A DNA stretch of 64,000 nt from Nitrososphaeria archaeon. Its GTDB lineage: Archaea > Thermoproteota > Nitrososphaeria > Nitrososphaerales > JAAOZN01. Location: contig JARVJZ010000003.1 in the NCBI GenBank assembly GCA_029775855.1, forward strand, positions 64,001-128,000. The letters run 5' to 3'. The translations under genes and the position numbers were made by a program. Below the pieces are notes generated by a model. It was not told where the DNA came from and did not search any database. It saw only the letters and a list, made by a program, of their open reading frames with translations. The stretch's first letter is position 1. Each line of letters begins with the position of its first letter. Below are positions 46,497 to 55,153 of this stretch, piece by piece.

Positions 46497-49388
46497 TTAT
46501 GTTTTGCTTCTGAGCCTTCTGAGTTCTTGGAGCTCAGCCAACGCCTTCTCTACTTGGATGCGTTCAGCCTTTGTTAGTCCTAGTGTGTCGTAGATGGCTT
46601 CATCTAACTCCCTGCGCGCTTCATTCTCCTCTTTGACTGCGGCGTGAAGCCTTCTCTGAATTTTATCTTCAAGTAATCTTTGCTCCTTCCTAGATTTAAT
46701 AGCATCTAATTCATCTTCAATTTTTATTCTTTTATCTATAGCTTTAACGACTATTCTAAACGCCTTTGCTATTCGGCTTCTCTCATCTTCAGAAAGAGAT
46801 GAAGGATCAAGTGTGGGAAGAATCTCTATTTCGTAAACAAGGAGTTCTAAGACGCCACCACCATAGGAGCGGCCATACAGTTCAACTAATAACGCATTAA
46901 CGCTACTATTAAGATAACCAAGTAGGATATTGGTGTACTGTTTATTCTTAGGATATATGTAATAGAAGACGTGAGCAGCATGTGCTTGAGCATCGTTTCG
47001 CAAGAAGACTGGCTTAATATCGATTAATCTTGGAAAAAGAATTGTGGACTCCTTTAACTGGGGTAGGGCGTACCACGGTTCGCGTGCACGAACGGTTTCA
47101 AGTTGAGGTAGTTTTCTTTTGCCTCTTTTTGAACCTCGTGTGACCTCTATTTCAAGCCGCTCGCCATACTCTATGTATTTAAGGGCGTTAGTCCCTTTCA
47201 ACACGTTTTTAGGTTGGTTAACCATAAAGAAGTATTCTTGAACATCTTCTTCATGTATTACAAGCCCTTTAACCTTCTTAGGTGAAGAGACGCAAGGTTT
47301 TAGAAACTGCGGCTCTATCCCCCATTTTTCAGCTTTCTCCTTTGAGAGAATAAAATAATCATTATAACCTGTCTTTATGCCGAAGAATACTTCTGCGAGG
47401 TTCTCAAGTGGTTTTACCTTAGGATTTTGGATGATCTTTTGATACACAAGCGGGGCTCTCAGATAAACATTCCATTTTCCTTGCTTAAGGTTTCCCTGTT
47501 TAACTACGTTAATTCTTATGTGCTCGTCTTCAAAACTCTCTGCCGTTTCTTGAATTAACCTAATTTGGCTCTCTAAGTCCATCTTCTGTTTTACACGGAT
47601 GAACTTCACTAAATTCTCGTTGCGCTTTCGTTTATCACTCTCCTTTTCGAGTATTGTTACCGCTGTATTGACTTCAGCATCAGGAAACACTGCTCTATCA
47701 AACTCAATAACATAATGAATCTTCGCATAATCGAGCAGAAACCTTTGGAAAGGCTCACCATAACCAACCTCAAGCCACTTATTCGAAGATATAAAACCAA
47801 GGTAGCCACTATTCCTCAAAAGCCCCAAACCGTGAATAAAGAAGTAGATGTAGATATCACTCTGCTTATCAAGAACAATAGCATCAGAAACCCCCTTAGG
47901 CGCAGCGCCGACAAACAACCTACCCCGATACTCACCCTCAATCAACCCCTTAATCTTAAGCTTCTCACCCTCACCCAACAACTCCTGCCTAATGTAAGGA
48001 GGATTAGCAACAACAACATCAAAATAAGCCGGAACATCAATCAAAGCCCTCTTACCCTCAGCAGTTACACCCTCAAACCCAGACAAAATAGCCTGCCCAG
48101 CCTTAATATCAAAAAAGTCATCCACAATAACATTCACCTTATCAATCCTAGCCCTAGCATTCTGAATAGCAAGATTAATCACAGAAAGATGAGCCGGAAA
48201 CTGATTAATATCAACACCAAATATCTGCCCCAACAACCGCCTATGAAAAAGCTCACCAAAAGCACCAGAAGCGTCCCTAGGAATCCCATTAAGCTCACGC
48301 AACCTATGATACGCCTTAACAAGAAAAGAGCCCGAGCCACAAGCAGGGTCTAGGACCACAGCGTCAGGACGCCTTAAAGTCAACCTAATTATCAAATCAA
48401 CGATACTTGGAGGGGTATAGAACTGCCCAAGCCTCTTCCTCTCCAAAGGCGGAATAAGCTTCTCATAAACCCTACCTAGAAAATCACTCTCCATCTTAGA
48501 AAAATCAAACTCATTCAACGAATCAATAAGCGTCCTTATACGCTCACCAGCCCTCGCCGTTAAAGGAATCTCACTTATAATATCACTCTCATAGATTGGA
48601 GCATAATCTATCTTCCTAGCCTCAGCATAAAACCTACCCAAAGCATCAGAAACATCCTCATCCTCAAACACCCTAAGCTGACTCAACCTATCAGGGTAAA
48701 TCGCCCTAATCACCTGATAAAACAAGAGCTTATTGATCTGCAAATACGTAGACTGCGCAGCAACCAACCTATTACTCTCATCACCAAATTCAACACCTTG
48801 ACTCTCAAGCCAACTGACATACCTATCATAGAAAGCCTTATCCTTCAACCTCTCCTTCAACGAAGAAAGAAACTCAGGATAAAGATCATTAAACGCCTCA
48901 TGAAGCATATCAACAAGAGTATCATCTAAAGGCTTAAGCCGAACAGGCACTAACCCAAGCGTAGCCTTAAGAACATCTTCAGCCCAACTCGGATGAACAT
49001 CATAATCATACGAAGCAACCTCACTCTCATAAGCCTTAACACCAGCCCTCAGCTGAAAAAGAACAATCCTCCTAGCATTACAAGTCAGATAATAGGGAAA
49101 ACCACCAAGAGCAGCATAACCAACAGCCTGATTTATAACATCAGGGTCACGAGGCTCAATATCACGCTCAACCCTACCAACCTTCTTCCTAAACTTCGCC
49201 TCCAAAACAAAGATACCCCTACCACCCCTCTCCGCAGTCAAATCAGGCCTACCATCAATAGAAGGCTCAACGTGAAAATCAACAACACCCGCAACACCAA
49301 GCCTCTCAGCAGCCTCCTTCAACCTAGGCAAAACATAATTAGCAACAAAGTCTCTCTCAGAACGGTAGCGAAACATACAAACCACCAC
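46497..49388 (-). CDS. Type IIG restriction-modification enzyme (endonuclease + N6-adenine MTase + TRD)
   Basis: PD-(D/E)xK motif GRPD...LEAK; GQFYTP; motif I LDPACGSGSF; motif IV NPPY; C-terminal TRD (GIKTG.N.YF, LNSS...ELYGR.YGGG). Confidence 0.9.
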   Translation of the reverse strand: MVVCMFRYRSERDFVANYVLPRLKEAAERLGVAGVVDFHVEPSIDGRPDLTAERGGRGIFVLEAKFRKKVGRVERDIEPRDPDVINQAVGYAALGGFPYYLTCNARRIVLFQLRAGVKAYESEVASYDYDVHPSWAEDVLKATLGLVPVRLKPLDDTLVDMLHEAFNDLYPEFLSSLKERLKDKAFYDRYVSWLESQGVEFGDESNRLVAAQSTYLQINKLLFYQVIRAIYPDRLSQLRVFEDEDVSDALGRFYAEARKIDYAPIYESDIISEIPLTARAGERIRTLIDSLNEFDFSKMESDFLGRVYEKLIPPLERKRLGQFYTPPSIVDLIIRLTLRRPDAVVLDPACGSGSFLVKAYHRLRELNGIPRDASGAFGELFHRRLLGQIFGVDINQFPAHLSVINLAIQNARARIDKVNVIVDDFFDIKAGQAILSGFEGVTAEGKRALIDVPAYFDVVVANPPYIRQELLGEGEKLKIKGLIEGEYRGRLFVGAAPKGVSDAIVLDKQSDIYIYFFIHGLGLLRNSGYLGFISSNKWLEVGYGEPFQRFLLDYAKIHYVIEFDRAVFPDAEVNTAVTILEKESDKRKRNENLVKFIRVKQKMDLESQIRLIQETAESFEDEHIRINVVKQGNLKQGKWNVYLRAPLVYQKIIQNPKVKPLENLAEVFFGIKTGYNDYFILSKEKAEKWGIEPQFLKPCVSSPKKVKGLVIHEEDVQEYFFMVNQPKNVLKGTNALKYIEYGERLEIEVTRGSKRGKRKLPQLETVRAREPWYALPQLKESTILFPRLIDIKPVFLRNDAQAHAAHVFYYIYPKNKQYTNILLGYLNSSVNALLVELYGRSYGGGVLELLVYEIEILPTLDPSSLSEDERSRIAKAFRIVVKAIDKRIKIEDELDAIKSRKEQRLLEDKIQRRLHAAVKEENEARRELDEAIYDTLGLTKAERIQVEKALAELQELRRLRSKT

Positions 49389-49409
49389 GTAGAGACGTTT
49401 TCTTTAGCC

Positions 49410-49792
49410 TAAAGGTTTTTCTCTTTACCTCATTAACCACATCCAACTCAACACAATCGCACACAATCTCCCCCACCACATAAAAATGGCTGACGAAACA
49501 TGAAGCGCATCTCTAGGCTTAAGACCATATTTTCTACCAACTCCTGAGCCTTTACGACCACTGAGTGATTAACGTCAAAAAATTCCTCATCGAGATTAGA
49601 CTCATACCAGCCCTAACCGCATACTGTAAACCAACCAACTTCAATACAACCCAGACAACCTCAGACAAAATACTCTTCTTAACATCCGCACCCTCATGAC
49701 GCTTTGCTTTCTTAGGAATAACATCCATCAACTCATCCACCGAAGTTCAACGGCTACAACCCCTTAGAACCTACTTTCACTCTCAGCCTCAT
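49410..49792 (-). pseudogene. decayed vapBC toxin-antitoxin pair (AbrB-type antitoxin + PIN toxin)
   Basis: MRLRVKVGSKG then stop; later frameshifted pieces SEVVWVVLKLVG, KAQELVE/KYGLKPRDALHVSSA and EIVCD..ELDVVNEVKR. Confidence 0.7.
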
Positions 49793-49857
49793 AACATTCC
49801 TTGTATAACCTCGGAGTATTACCAGAATAGCATATCTACAAACATAGATACAACTTG

Positions 49858-49947
49858 TGGACCGGGGGGGATTTGAACCCCCGACCTTCCGAGCTCTCGG
49901 CTCTAGGCTTGCAAGTCGGATATTCTACCAGACTGAACTACCGGCCC
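49858..49947 (-). tRNA. tRNA-Ala(TGC) with a 16-nt canonical 37/38 intron (49894-49909)
   Basis: GGGCCGG/CCGGTCC acceptor with G3:U70, TTCAAAT T loop, and a BHB motif (CTTG/CGAG central helix, two 3-nt bulges, GC-CTAGA-GC outer hairpin). Confidence 0.95.
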
Positions 49948-50037
49948 TCTAAAATAAGGGTCTGCTTAAGCGGGTTTCTTAATCTTATCGCTTCAACCTA
50001 ATTAGGTTTATAGGTTGTGTATCCATAGCGGTGTGCG

Positions 50038-50793
50038 GTGATTAGTTTGAATAAAAAGGATACTAAGAGAGTTGTGAAAGAAGGTTATGCACGCATAGCA
50101 AAGGAGCAAAGTTGCTGCTCGTTTGCATGCTGCCAATCTAATGGTGTAGAATATAGTAATGATGACCTACGCTTACTTCCCGCTAGCGTCTTCAGTTTAG
50201 GCTGCGGCAGCCCTCTTGTTTATGCATCGTTAAGAAAAGGTGAAACTGTTTTAGATTTAGGTTCAGGAAGCGGCTTAGAGTGCTTTCTAGCTTCAACAAG
50301 GGTCGGAGAATCCGGAAGAGTTATCGGTGTAGACATGGTTCCTGAGATGATTAAGGTTGCAAAGACCAATGCTGAAAAAGGCGGGTATAAAAATGTCGAG
50401 TTCATACTAGGCGATATAGAAAACTTACCTTTATCAGAATGTTCAATAGATGCGGTGATATCAAACTGTGTAATAAACCTAGCACCTAACAAGAGAAGAG
50501 TCTTTGAAGAAATCTACAGAGTCTTGAACAGTAGTGGGAGGCTAGTCATCTCCGATATAGTGCTTTTAAGCGAACTTCCACCCAGCGTAAAAGAGCGTGA
50601 AGACTTCTATATAGGATGCGTTTCAGGCGCAATGTTGAAAGATGACTACATTAATCTAATTAAGCAATCGGGTTTCAAAGATGTGGAAACAGTCGCCGAA
50701 ACCACATTTCCACTAGAGCAATTATCAGCGAACACAGCAGAAAAACTAGTTAAGATCGCTAGCGTAACTCTGCAAGCACTTAAACCACAGTAG
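50038..50793 (+). CDS. arsM: arsenite S-adenosylmethionine methyltransferase
   Basis: N-terminal CC..CC, LGCGSP, VLDLGSGSG, GVDM, ISNCVINL, GCVSGA. Confidence 0.87.
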   Translation: MISLNKKDTKRVVKEGYARIAKEQSCCSFACCQSNGVEYSNDDLRLLPASVFSLGCGSPLVYASLRKGETVLDLGSGSGLECFLASTRVGESGRVIGVDMVPEMIKVAKTNAEKGGYKNVEFILGDIENLPLSECSIDAVISNCVINLAPNKRRVFEEIYRVLNSSGRLVISDIVLLSELPPSVKEREDFYIGCVSGAMLKDDYINLIKQSGFKDVETVAETTFPLEQLSANTAEKLVKIASVTLQALKPQ

Positions 50794-50829
50794 AGCTCCT
50801 AGCTTAAACGGCCCAGCAGAGCAGTCTCT

Positions 50830-51612
50830 TTATCTCCCTTTGAACTCCGGCTTCCTCTTCTCCAAGAATGCTCTTGCACCCTCTTTTTGATCTTCGGTCG
50901 AAAAGCAGTAAATGAAGAGTTCACTCTCATAATCTAACCCAGAGGCAAGGTCTGTTTCAAAGGATTTGTTGACCGCCTGCTTCGCTAATCTAAGTATAAG
51001 CGGGCTCTTCGACATAATCAGCCCAAGAATTTCGTTGAGCACTTCATCAAGCTTATCTCTTGGCACCACTCTGTTCACTAAACCAAGCCTATAAGCTTCC
51101 TGAGCATCTATCATCTGACCAAGATAGATCATCTCCTTCGCCTTCCTAATGCCAACAGCCCTTGGTAGGCGCTGGGTCCCACCAACACCTGGTATCAACC
51201 CAACGTTAATCTCGGTCTGACCGAATTTAGCATCCTCTGAAGCAACTATCATGTCACAGGAAAGTGCTAGCTCAAGTCCTCCACCAAATGCATACCCCTT
51301 GACCACAGCGATTACGGGTTTGCTGAGCGTCTCTATTGTTCTAGCAACTTGTTTAGCCAGCTTAACATATCTTCTAGCCTCTTTTGGCGTCATGTCTCGA
51401 AATATTCTGAGGTCTGCACCAGCTGAGAACGCTTTATCACCGGCGCCGGTCAGAACCACTGCTCTAACTTCTTCATCAGCATCAGCATCAAGCAGAGCTG
51501 TCAACATTTCTTTCCTTGTTTCTATATCCAGCGCATTCATGACTTGGGGTCTGTTTATCGTTATCCACGCTACACCATTCTTTTTCTCATACAGTATGTT
51601 TAGTAGCTGCAT
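50830..51612 (-). CDS. enoyl-CoA hydratase/crotonase family
   Basis: NRPQVMNAL, FSAGAD, GGGLELAL.CD, FGQTE..GLIPG.GGTQRL, AFLEKRKP.F. Confidence 0.93.
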   Translation of the reverse strand: MQLLNILYEKKNGVAWITINRPQVMNALDIETRKEMLTALLDADADEEVRAVVLTGAGDKAFSAGADLRIFRDMTPKEARRYVKLAKQVARTIETLSKPVIAVVKGYAFGGGLELALSCDMIVASEDAKFGQTEINVGLIPGVGGTQRLPRAVGIRKAKEMIYLGQMIDAQEAYRLGLVNRVVPRDKLDEVLNEILGLIMSKSPLILRLAKQAVNKSFETDLASGLDYESELFIYCFSTEDQKEGARAFLEKRKPEFKGR

Positions 51613-51643
51613 GGGTTCTTCTTCTCTTTTCTGCTATTTATGT

Positions 51644-52084
51644 TTAGATTTCTTCGGTTTCTTCCTTCTTTTCTTTTTTTGTTTGTTTCAACCCTTCTTT
51701 TAAGCCAGCTAAGGTTTCAGCATACTCTTTTGATATCGCGCCGCTAGCTATCAAGCTTGCAACTGAGTTCGCTGAGGCTTCGCCCGTTATCTTGCCTATT
51801 GTGCCTCTGAGCTGCCTCCATTTTAACCTCGAGTTACCACTTTTGGAGATATAGATTATTCCGAGAACATCCCTTGCGTTTATGAATGTTACATCTCTAA
51901 TCTTCTTTAGCGTAACTTTATCCGCTGCTTCTACATATATAGCGCCTCTGTCGCCCTCTTTTTCTGGAAAGACCTCTTTATCCCTTAAGTAGCTTTCCGG
52001 TATGAATGAGCGGCAGGTGTTGTTGATGAGAAATCGTCGGAAGCTCTCTAGTGTCGCGGTTGTCTCTATGTAAACCAAGCGCAT
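51644..52084 (-). CDS. conserved hypothetical protein
   Basis: 146-aa ORF with a protein-like alpha/beta pattern, GGTGA just before the ATG, co-oriented with the crotonase gene. Confidence 0.7.
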   Translation of the reverse strand: MRLVYIETTATLESFRRFLINNTCRSFIPESYLRDKEVFPEKEGDRGAIYVEAADKVTLKKIRDVTFINARDVLGIIYISKSGNSRLKWRQLRGTIGKITGEASANSVASLIASGAISKEYAETLAGLKEGLKQTKKEKKEETEEI

Positions 52085-52166
52085 TCACCTTGGTAGAGCA
52101 GTATATTTACCTCCTTTTTTTAGGGTTAGCCTAGTGGTAATATATAGGTGTGTATATATGTTACTC

Positions 52167-52254
52167 GGGCGGACTGTGAAGACTCTAGCCCTACTGAAAG
52201 GTGAAGAGGATAGGCCTAATATGGCGCCCCTCAGCTTGAGTGCTGAGTTCGCCC
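52167..52254 (+). ncRNA. C/D-box-like small RNA or K-turn leader
   Basis: Terminal stem GGGCGGACT/AGTTCGCCC; box C GTGAAGA 52176, D' CTGA 52194, C' GTGAAGA 52201, D CTGA 52243; TATA-like element ~25 nt upstream. Confidence 0.65.
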
Positions 52255-52270
52255 AAAGATGTGATACATC

Positions 52271-53542
52271 TTGAGTCTAAGAAGTTACCTTCAGCAGACA
52301 GAAGTTGAAGTTGTGCACAAAGAGTTATCCCCCGATTTAGAGATAGCGGATTACCTGAGAAAGTGTAAGAAACCTGTTTTGTTTAAAAGAATCAAGGGTC
52401 ATGAAGAATTCAGTGTAGCAGGAAACCTTCTGAGCTCAAGGAATACTCTAGCCTCGCTTCTAGGCGTAGATGTTAAAGGCTTAGTTAAGCATCTGGCATG
52501 CATGTTATCCTCACCTTCAAAATATAGGTTAGTGGATGATGCTTCGTGGCTTGAAAAACAACAAACTAAACCAGACTTAGCCTCAAAGCTCCCCTTAACG
52601 ACTTTTTACAAGCGCTATCCAAGGAAATACACCTCTGCAACCGTGGTCTTTGCAAAAGACCCTGAAACTGGGAGGCAGAATGCTTCAATACACCGCTTAA
52701 TGCATCTCAAAGGCAACAGATTTGTGGTCAGACTTGTACCTCGAGACCTATTCTCTTTCTACCAGAAGAATAAAGAGCACGGCGTTGACACAGAAGTTGT
52801 AGTCACTTGCGGTCTTCACCCTCTTATCTGCCTAGCTGCAGCAACCTCCTATCCAGCCCTAGATGAATTAGAATTCGCAAACACTCTACTAAACGGCAAA
52901 TTAGAATGCTACAATCTCGATGGATTTAACGTGCCAAAAGATGCGGAAGTTGTTATGAAAGGAAGAATCCTTCACTCAGAGGAAGCGGATGAAGGACCGT
53001 TTGTAGACCTTACAGGCACTTGGGACACAATAAGAAAGCAGCCTATACTTGAAGTCGAAACACTCTACCATAGAAAAGAGCCCATATGGCAAGTCATTCT
53101 GCCAGGAGGTAGTGAGCATCGCCTACTTATGGGTGTGCCACAAGAGCCGCGAATATTCACGGTGGTGCAGAATGCTGTTAACTCTGTGCAGAGTGTTGTG
53201 CTCACGGAAGGAGGCTGTGGCTGGCTGCATGCTGTTGTTTCTATTAAGAAGAGGGTTGAGGGTGATGGGAAGAATGCCGGTCTAGCTGCCCTTGCAGCTC
53301 ATCCAAGCTTAAAGAGGGTTATTGTAGTTGATGATGACATCAACATCTATGATCCTTTGGATGTTGAGTGGGCATTGGCTACTAGGTTTCAGCCGGATAA
53401 GGGACTTGTAGTTATAAGTGGTGCTCGCGGCTCCTCCCTTGATCCATCGAGTCAGAAAACTGGAGTAACCTCTAAGTGGCTAATAGATGCAACACTACCC
53501 TTAGACGCCAATAGAGAACACTTTACCAAGATCGAAGAGTAG
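52271..53542 (+). CDS. UbiD-family decarboxylase, probably anhydromevalonate phosphate decarboxylase
   Basis: NASIHRL, RLVPRDL, EGPFVDLTG, EHRLLMG.P.E, GGCGWLHAVV, VVDDDI..VEWALATRFQ; adjacent to the AcnX subunits. Confidence 0.85.
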   Translation: MSLRSYLQQTEVEVVHKELSPDLEIADYLRKCKKPVLFKRIKGHEEFSVAGNLLSSRNTLASLLGVDVKGLVKHLACMLSSPSKYRLVDDASWLEKQQTKPDLASKLPLTTFYKRYPRKYTSATVVFAKDPETGRQNASIHRLMHLKGNRFVVRLVPRDLFSFYQKNKEHGVDTEVVVTCGLHPLICLAAATSYPALDELEFANTLLNGKLECYNLDGFNVPKDAEVVMKGRILHSEEADEGPFVDLTGTWDTIRKQPILEVETLYHRKEPIWQVILPGGSEHRLLMGVPQEPRIFTVVQNAVNSVQSVVLTEGGCGWLHAVVSIKKRVEGDGKNAGLAALAAHPSLKRVIVVDDDINIYDPLDVEWALATRFQPDKGLVVISGARGSSLDPSSQKTGVTSKWLIDATLPLDANREHFTKIEE

Positions 53543-54757
53543 GTGAATATAAACATGTATCTAACGAAGAAGCAAGAAGCTATACTCAGAGGAGAAGAAG
53601 GCTGGGCGAAGAAGAAGTGCCTCGAAATCTTAGTAGGTTTAGGTGAAATATACGGTGCAGACCACCTCATACCTATCACCTCAACTCAAATCTCTGGCGT
53701 AAGCTACAAAACCTTAGGTGAATACGGTCTTCAATGGGTGGAGTCTCTTGCACCCGCTAAAGCAGCTGTGCCGAGCACGTTGAATCCCGCTGGGATGGAT
53801 TTATCTCTTTGGTCAGAGATGGGTATACCTGAGGATTTTGCTGAAAAGCAGATGCGTGTAATAAGAGCTTATGAAAGTTTGGGCATAACTCCGCTCTGCA
53901 GCTGCACCCCTTATCTATCTGGTATGGCACCTAGGTTCGGGGAGCACGTCGCTTGGTCTGAGTCTTCAGCGGTCTGCTATATCAACTCGTATCTAGGTGC
54001 CCGAACAAATAGAGAAGGTGGTCCTTCGGCACTGGCTTCAGCGCTAACAGGATATACAGCGAATTACGGTCTTCATTTAGATGAGAATAGGAAGCCTAAT
54101 GTAGTGGTTGAGGTCGGAGCGAAGTTAAGTGGGTTAAGCGACTATAGCGCATTAGGATACTACTTAGGTAAGATTTTACAGCAAGGAGTACCGTATTTGA
54201 AAGGTCTAACCTTTTTTGGCTCAGACGAAGCTAAGGCTCTTTCAGCGGCGGCTGCTGCATCTGGGGGCATAGCGCTTTTCCACGCAGAAGGGTTTACGCC
54301 CGAGGCTCGAAGCGACTTGAGCGGGTTAGAGCGTCTTCATGTAGACGATGTTGTTCTCAAAGGTGTTTATGGAGAGTTATCTACTGTAAGTTCCGGGGAA
54401 GTAGACCTCGTTGCTATAGGTTGCCCACACACATCCATCAATGAGCTAAGAGCTGCTGCTGCTCTTGTTAAGGGTAAAAAAGTTGCGCCCTCAACCAAAC
54501 TTTGGCTCTTTACTTCTCTAACAACTAAGGCTCTTGCTGAAAGATTAGGCATTATAAGTAAGATAGAGGAGGCTGGTGGTAAAGTGTATACCGACTGCTG
54601 CATGATAGTAGCGCCGCTTGAGCGAATGGGTTTCAAAAGAATAGTTGTGAACTCAGCAAAAGCAGCTCTCTACGCTCCTACAGCTTCAAAAGTTGATGTA
54701 GTATTTACAACGCTTGAAGACTGTATAGATATAGCGTTGAAAGGTAGAGTGAGTTAA
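53543..54757 (+). CDS. aconitase X large subunit, probably phosphomevalonate dehydratase L
   Basis: GVSYKTLG, CSCTPY, AWSESSA..NSYLGARTNREGGPSAL, GCPH, DCCM. Confidence 0.88.
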   Translation: MNINMYLTKKQEAILRGEEGWAKKKCLEILVGLGEIYGADHLIPITSTQISGVSYKTLGEYGLQWVESLAPAKAAVPSTLNPAGMDLSLWSEMGIPEDFAEKQMRVIRAYESLGITPLCSCTPYLSGMAPRFGEHVAWSESSAVCYINSYLGARTNREGGPSALASALTGYTANYGLHLDENRKPNVVVEVGAKLSGLSDYSALGYYLGKILQQGVPYLKGLTFFGSDEAKALSAAAAASGGIALFHAEGFTPEARSDLSGLERLHVDDVVLKGVYGELSTVSSGEVDLVAIGCPHTSINELRAAAALVKGKKVAPSTKLWLFTSLTTKALAERLGIISKIEEAGGKVYTDCCMIVAPLERMGFKRIVVNSAKAALYAPTASKVDVVFTTLEDCIDIALKGRVS

Positions 54758-54760
54758 AGG

Positions 54761-55153
54761 TTGAAGATTATTAAGTGTAGAAGGATATCTTCGGGTAGGG
54801 CTGAAGGATTATCACTCTACTCCCCAGCACCAATAAGCTTCTTCGGAACAATAGACCCAGAAACAAGTGTAGTTGTTGAAAGAGGGCACCCACTATACGG
54901 ACAGCAAATCGCAGGTAAAATACTCATATATCCAACTGGAAGAGGATCTACAGTCGGCTCCTATATACTCTATGGTCTAAGCAGAAGAGGATTAGCACCC
55001 AAAGCAATCATAATGAAGGAAGCCGAACCTATCGTCGCTGTTGGCGCCATTATCTCAGATATCCCACTCGTAGATAAACCACAATCCTACGACTTTACAA
55101 GTGGAATGAAGATGGTTGTCGATGCAGATAAAGGTGAGATTATACTTTTATAG
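54761..55153 (+). CDS. aconitase X swivel subunit (DUF126), probably phosphomevalonate dehydratase S
   Basis: ISFFG.IDP.T, HPLYG, GRGSTVGSY, GAIIS.IP. Confidence 0.9.
   Translation: MKIIKCRRISSGRAEGLSLYSPAPISFFGTIDPETSVVVERGHPLYGQQIAGKILIYPTGRGSTVGSYILYGLSRRGLAPKAIIMKEAEPIVAVGAIISDIPLVDKPQSYDFTSGMKMVVDADKGEIILL

Noticed and set aside
45093-49412. Long alternative-frame ORFs rich in N/K/P/T/H (45093-45458, 45879-46202, 47715-48353, 48993-49412)
   Set aside because: By-products of the extreme A/C strand skew within nurA and the RM gene; low complexity and no motifs.
42860-49860. attL/attR duplication of the tRNA-Ala 3' end
   Set aside because: No second copy of TGGACCGGGGGGG was seen at either candidate left boundary (~42860 or ~46470), and there is no integrase, so the island limits are undefined.
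50830-51612. Crotonase as evidence of the 3HP/4HB carbon-fixation cycle
   Set aside because: The family is too broad and no other cycle genes are in the window.
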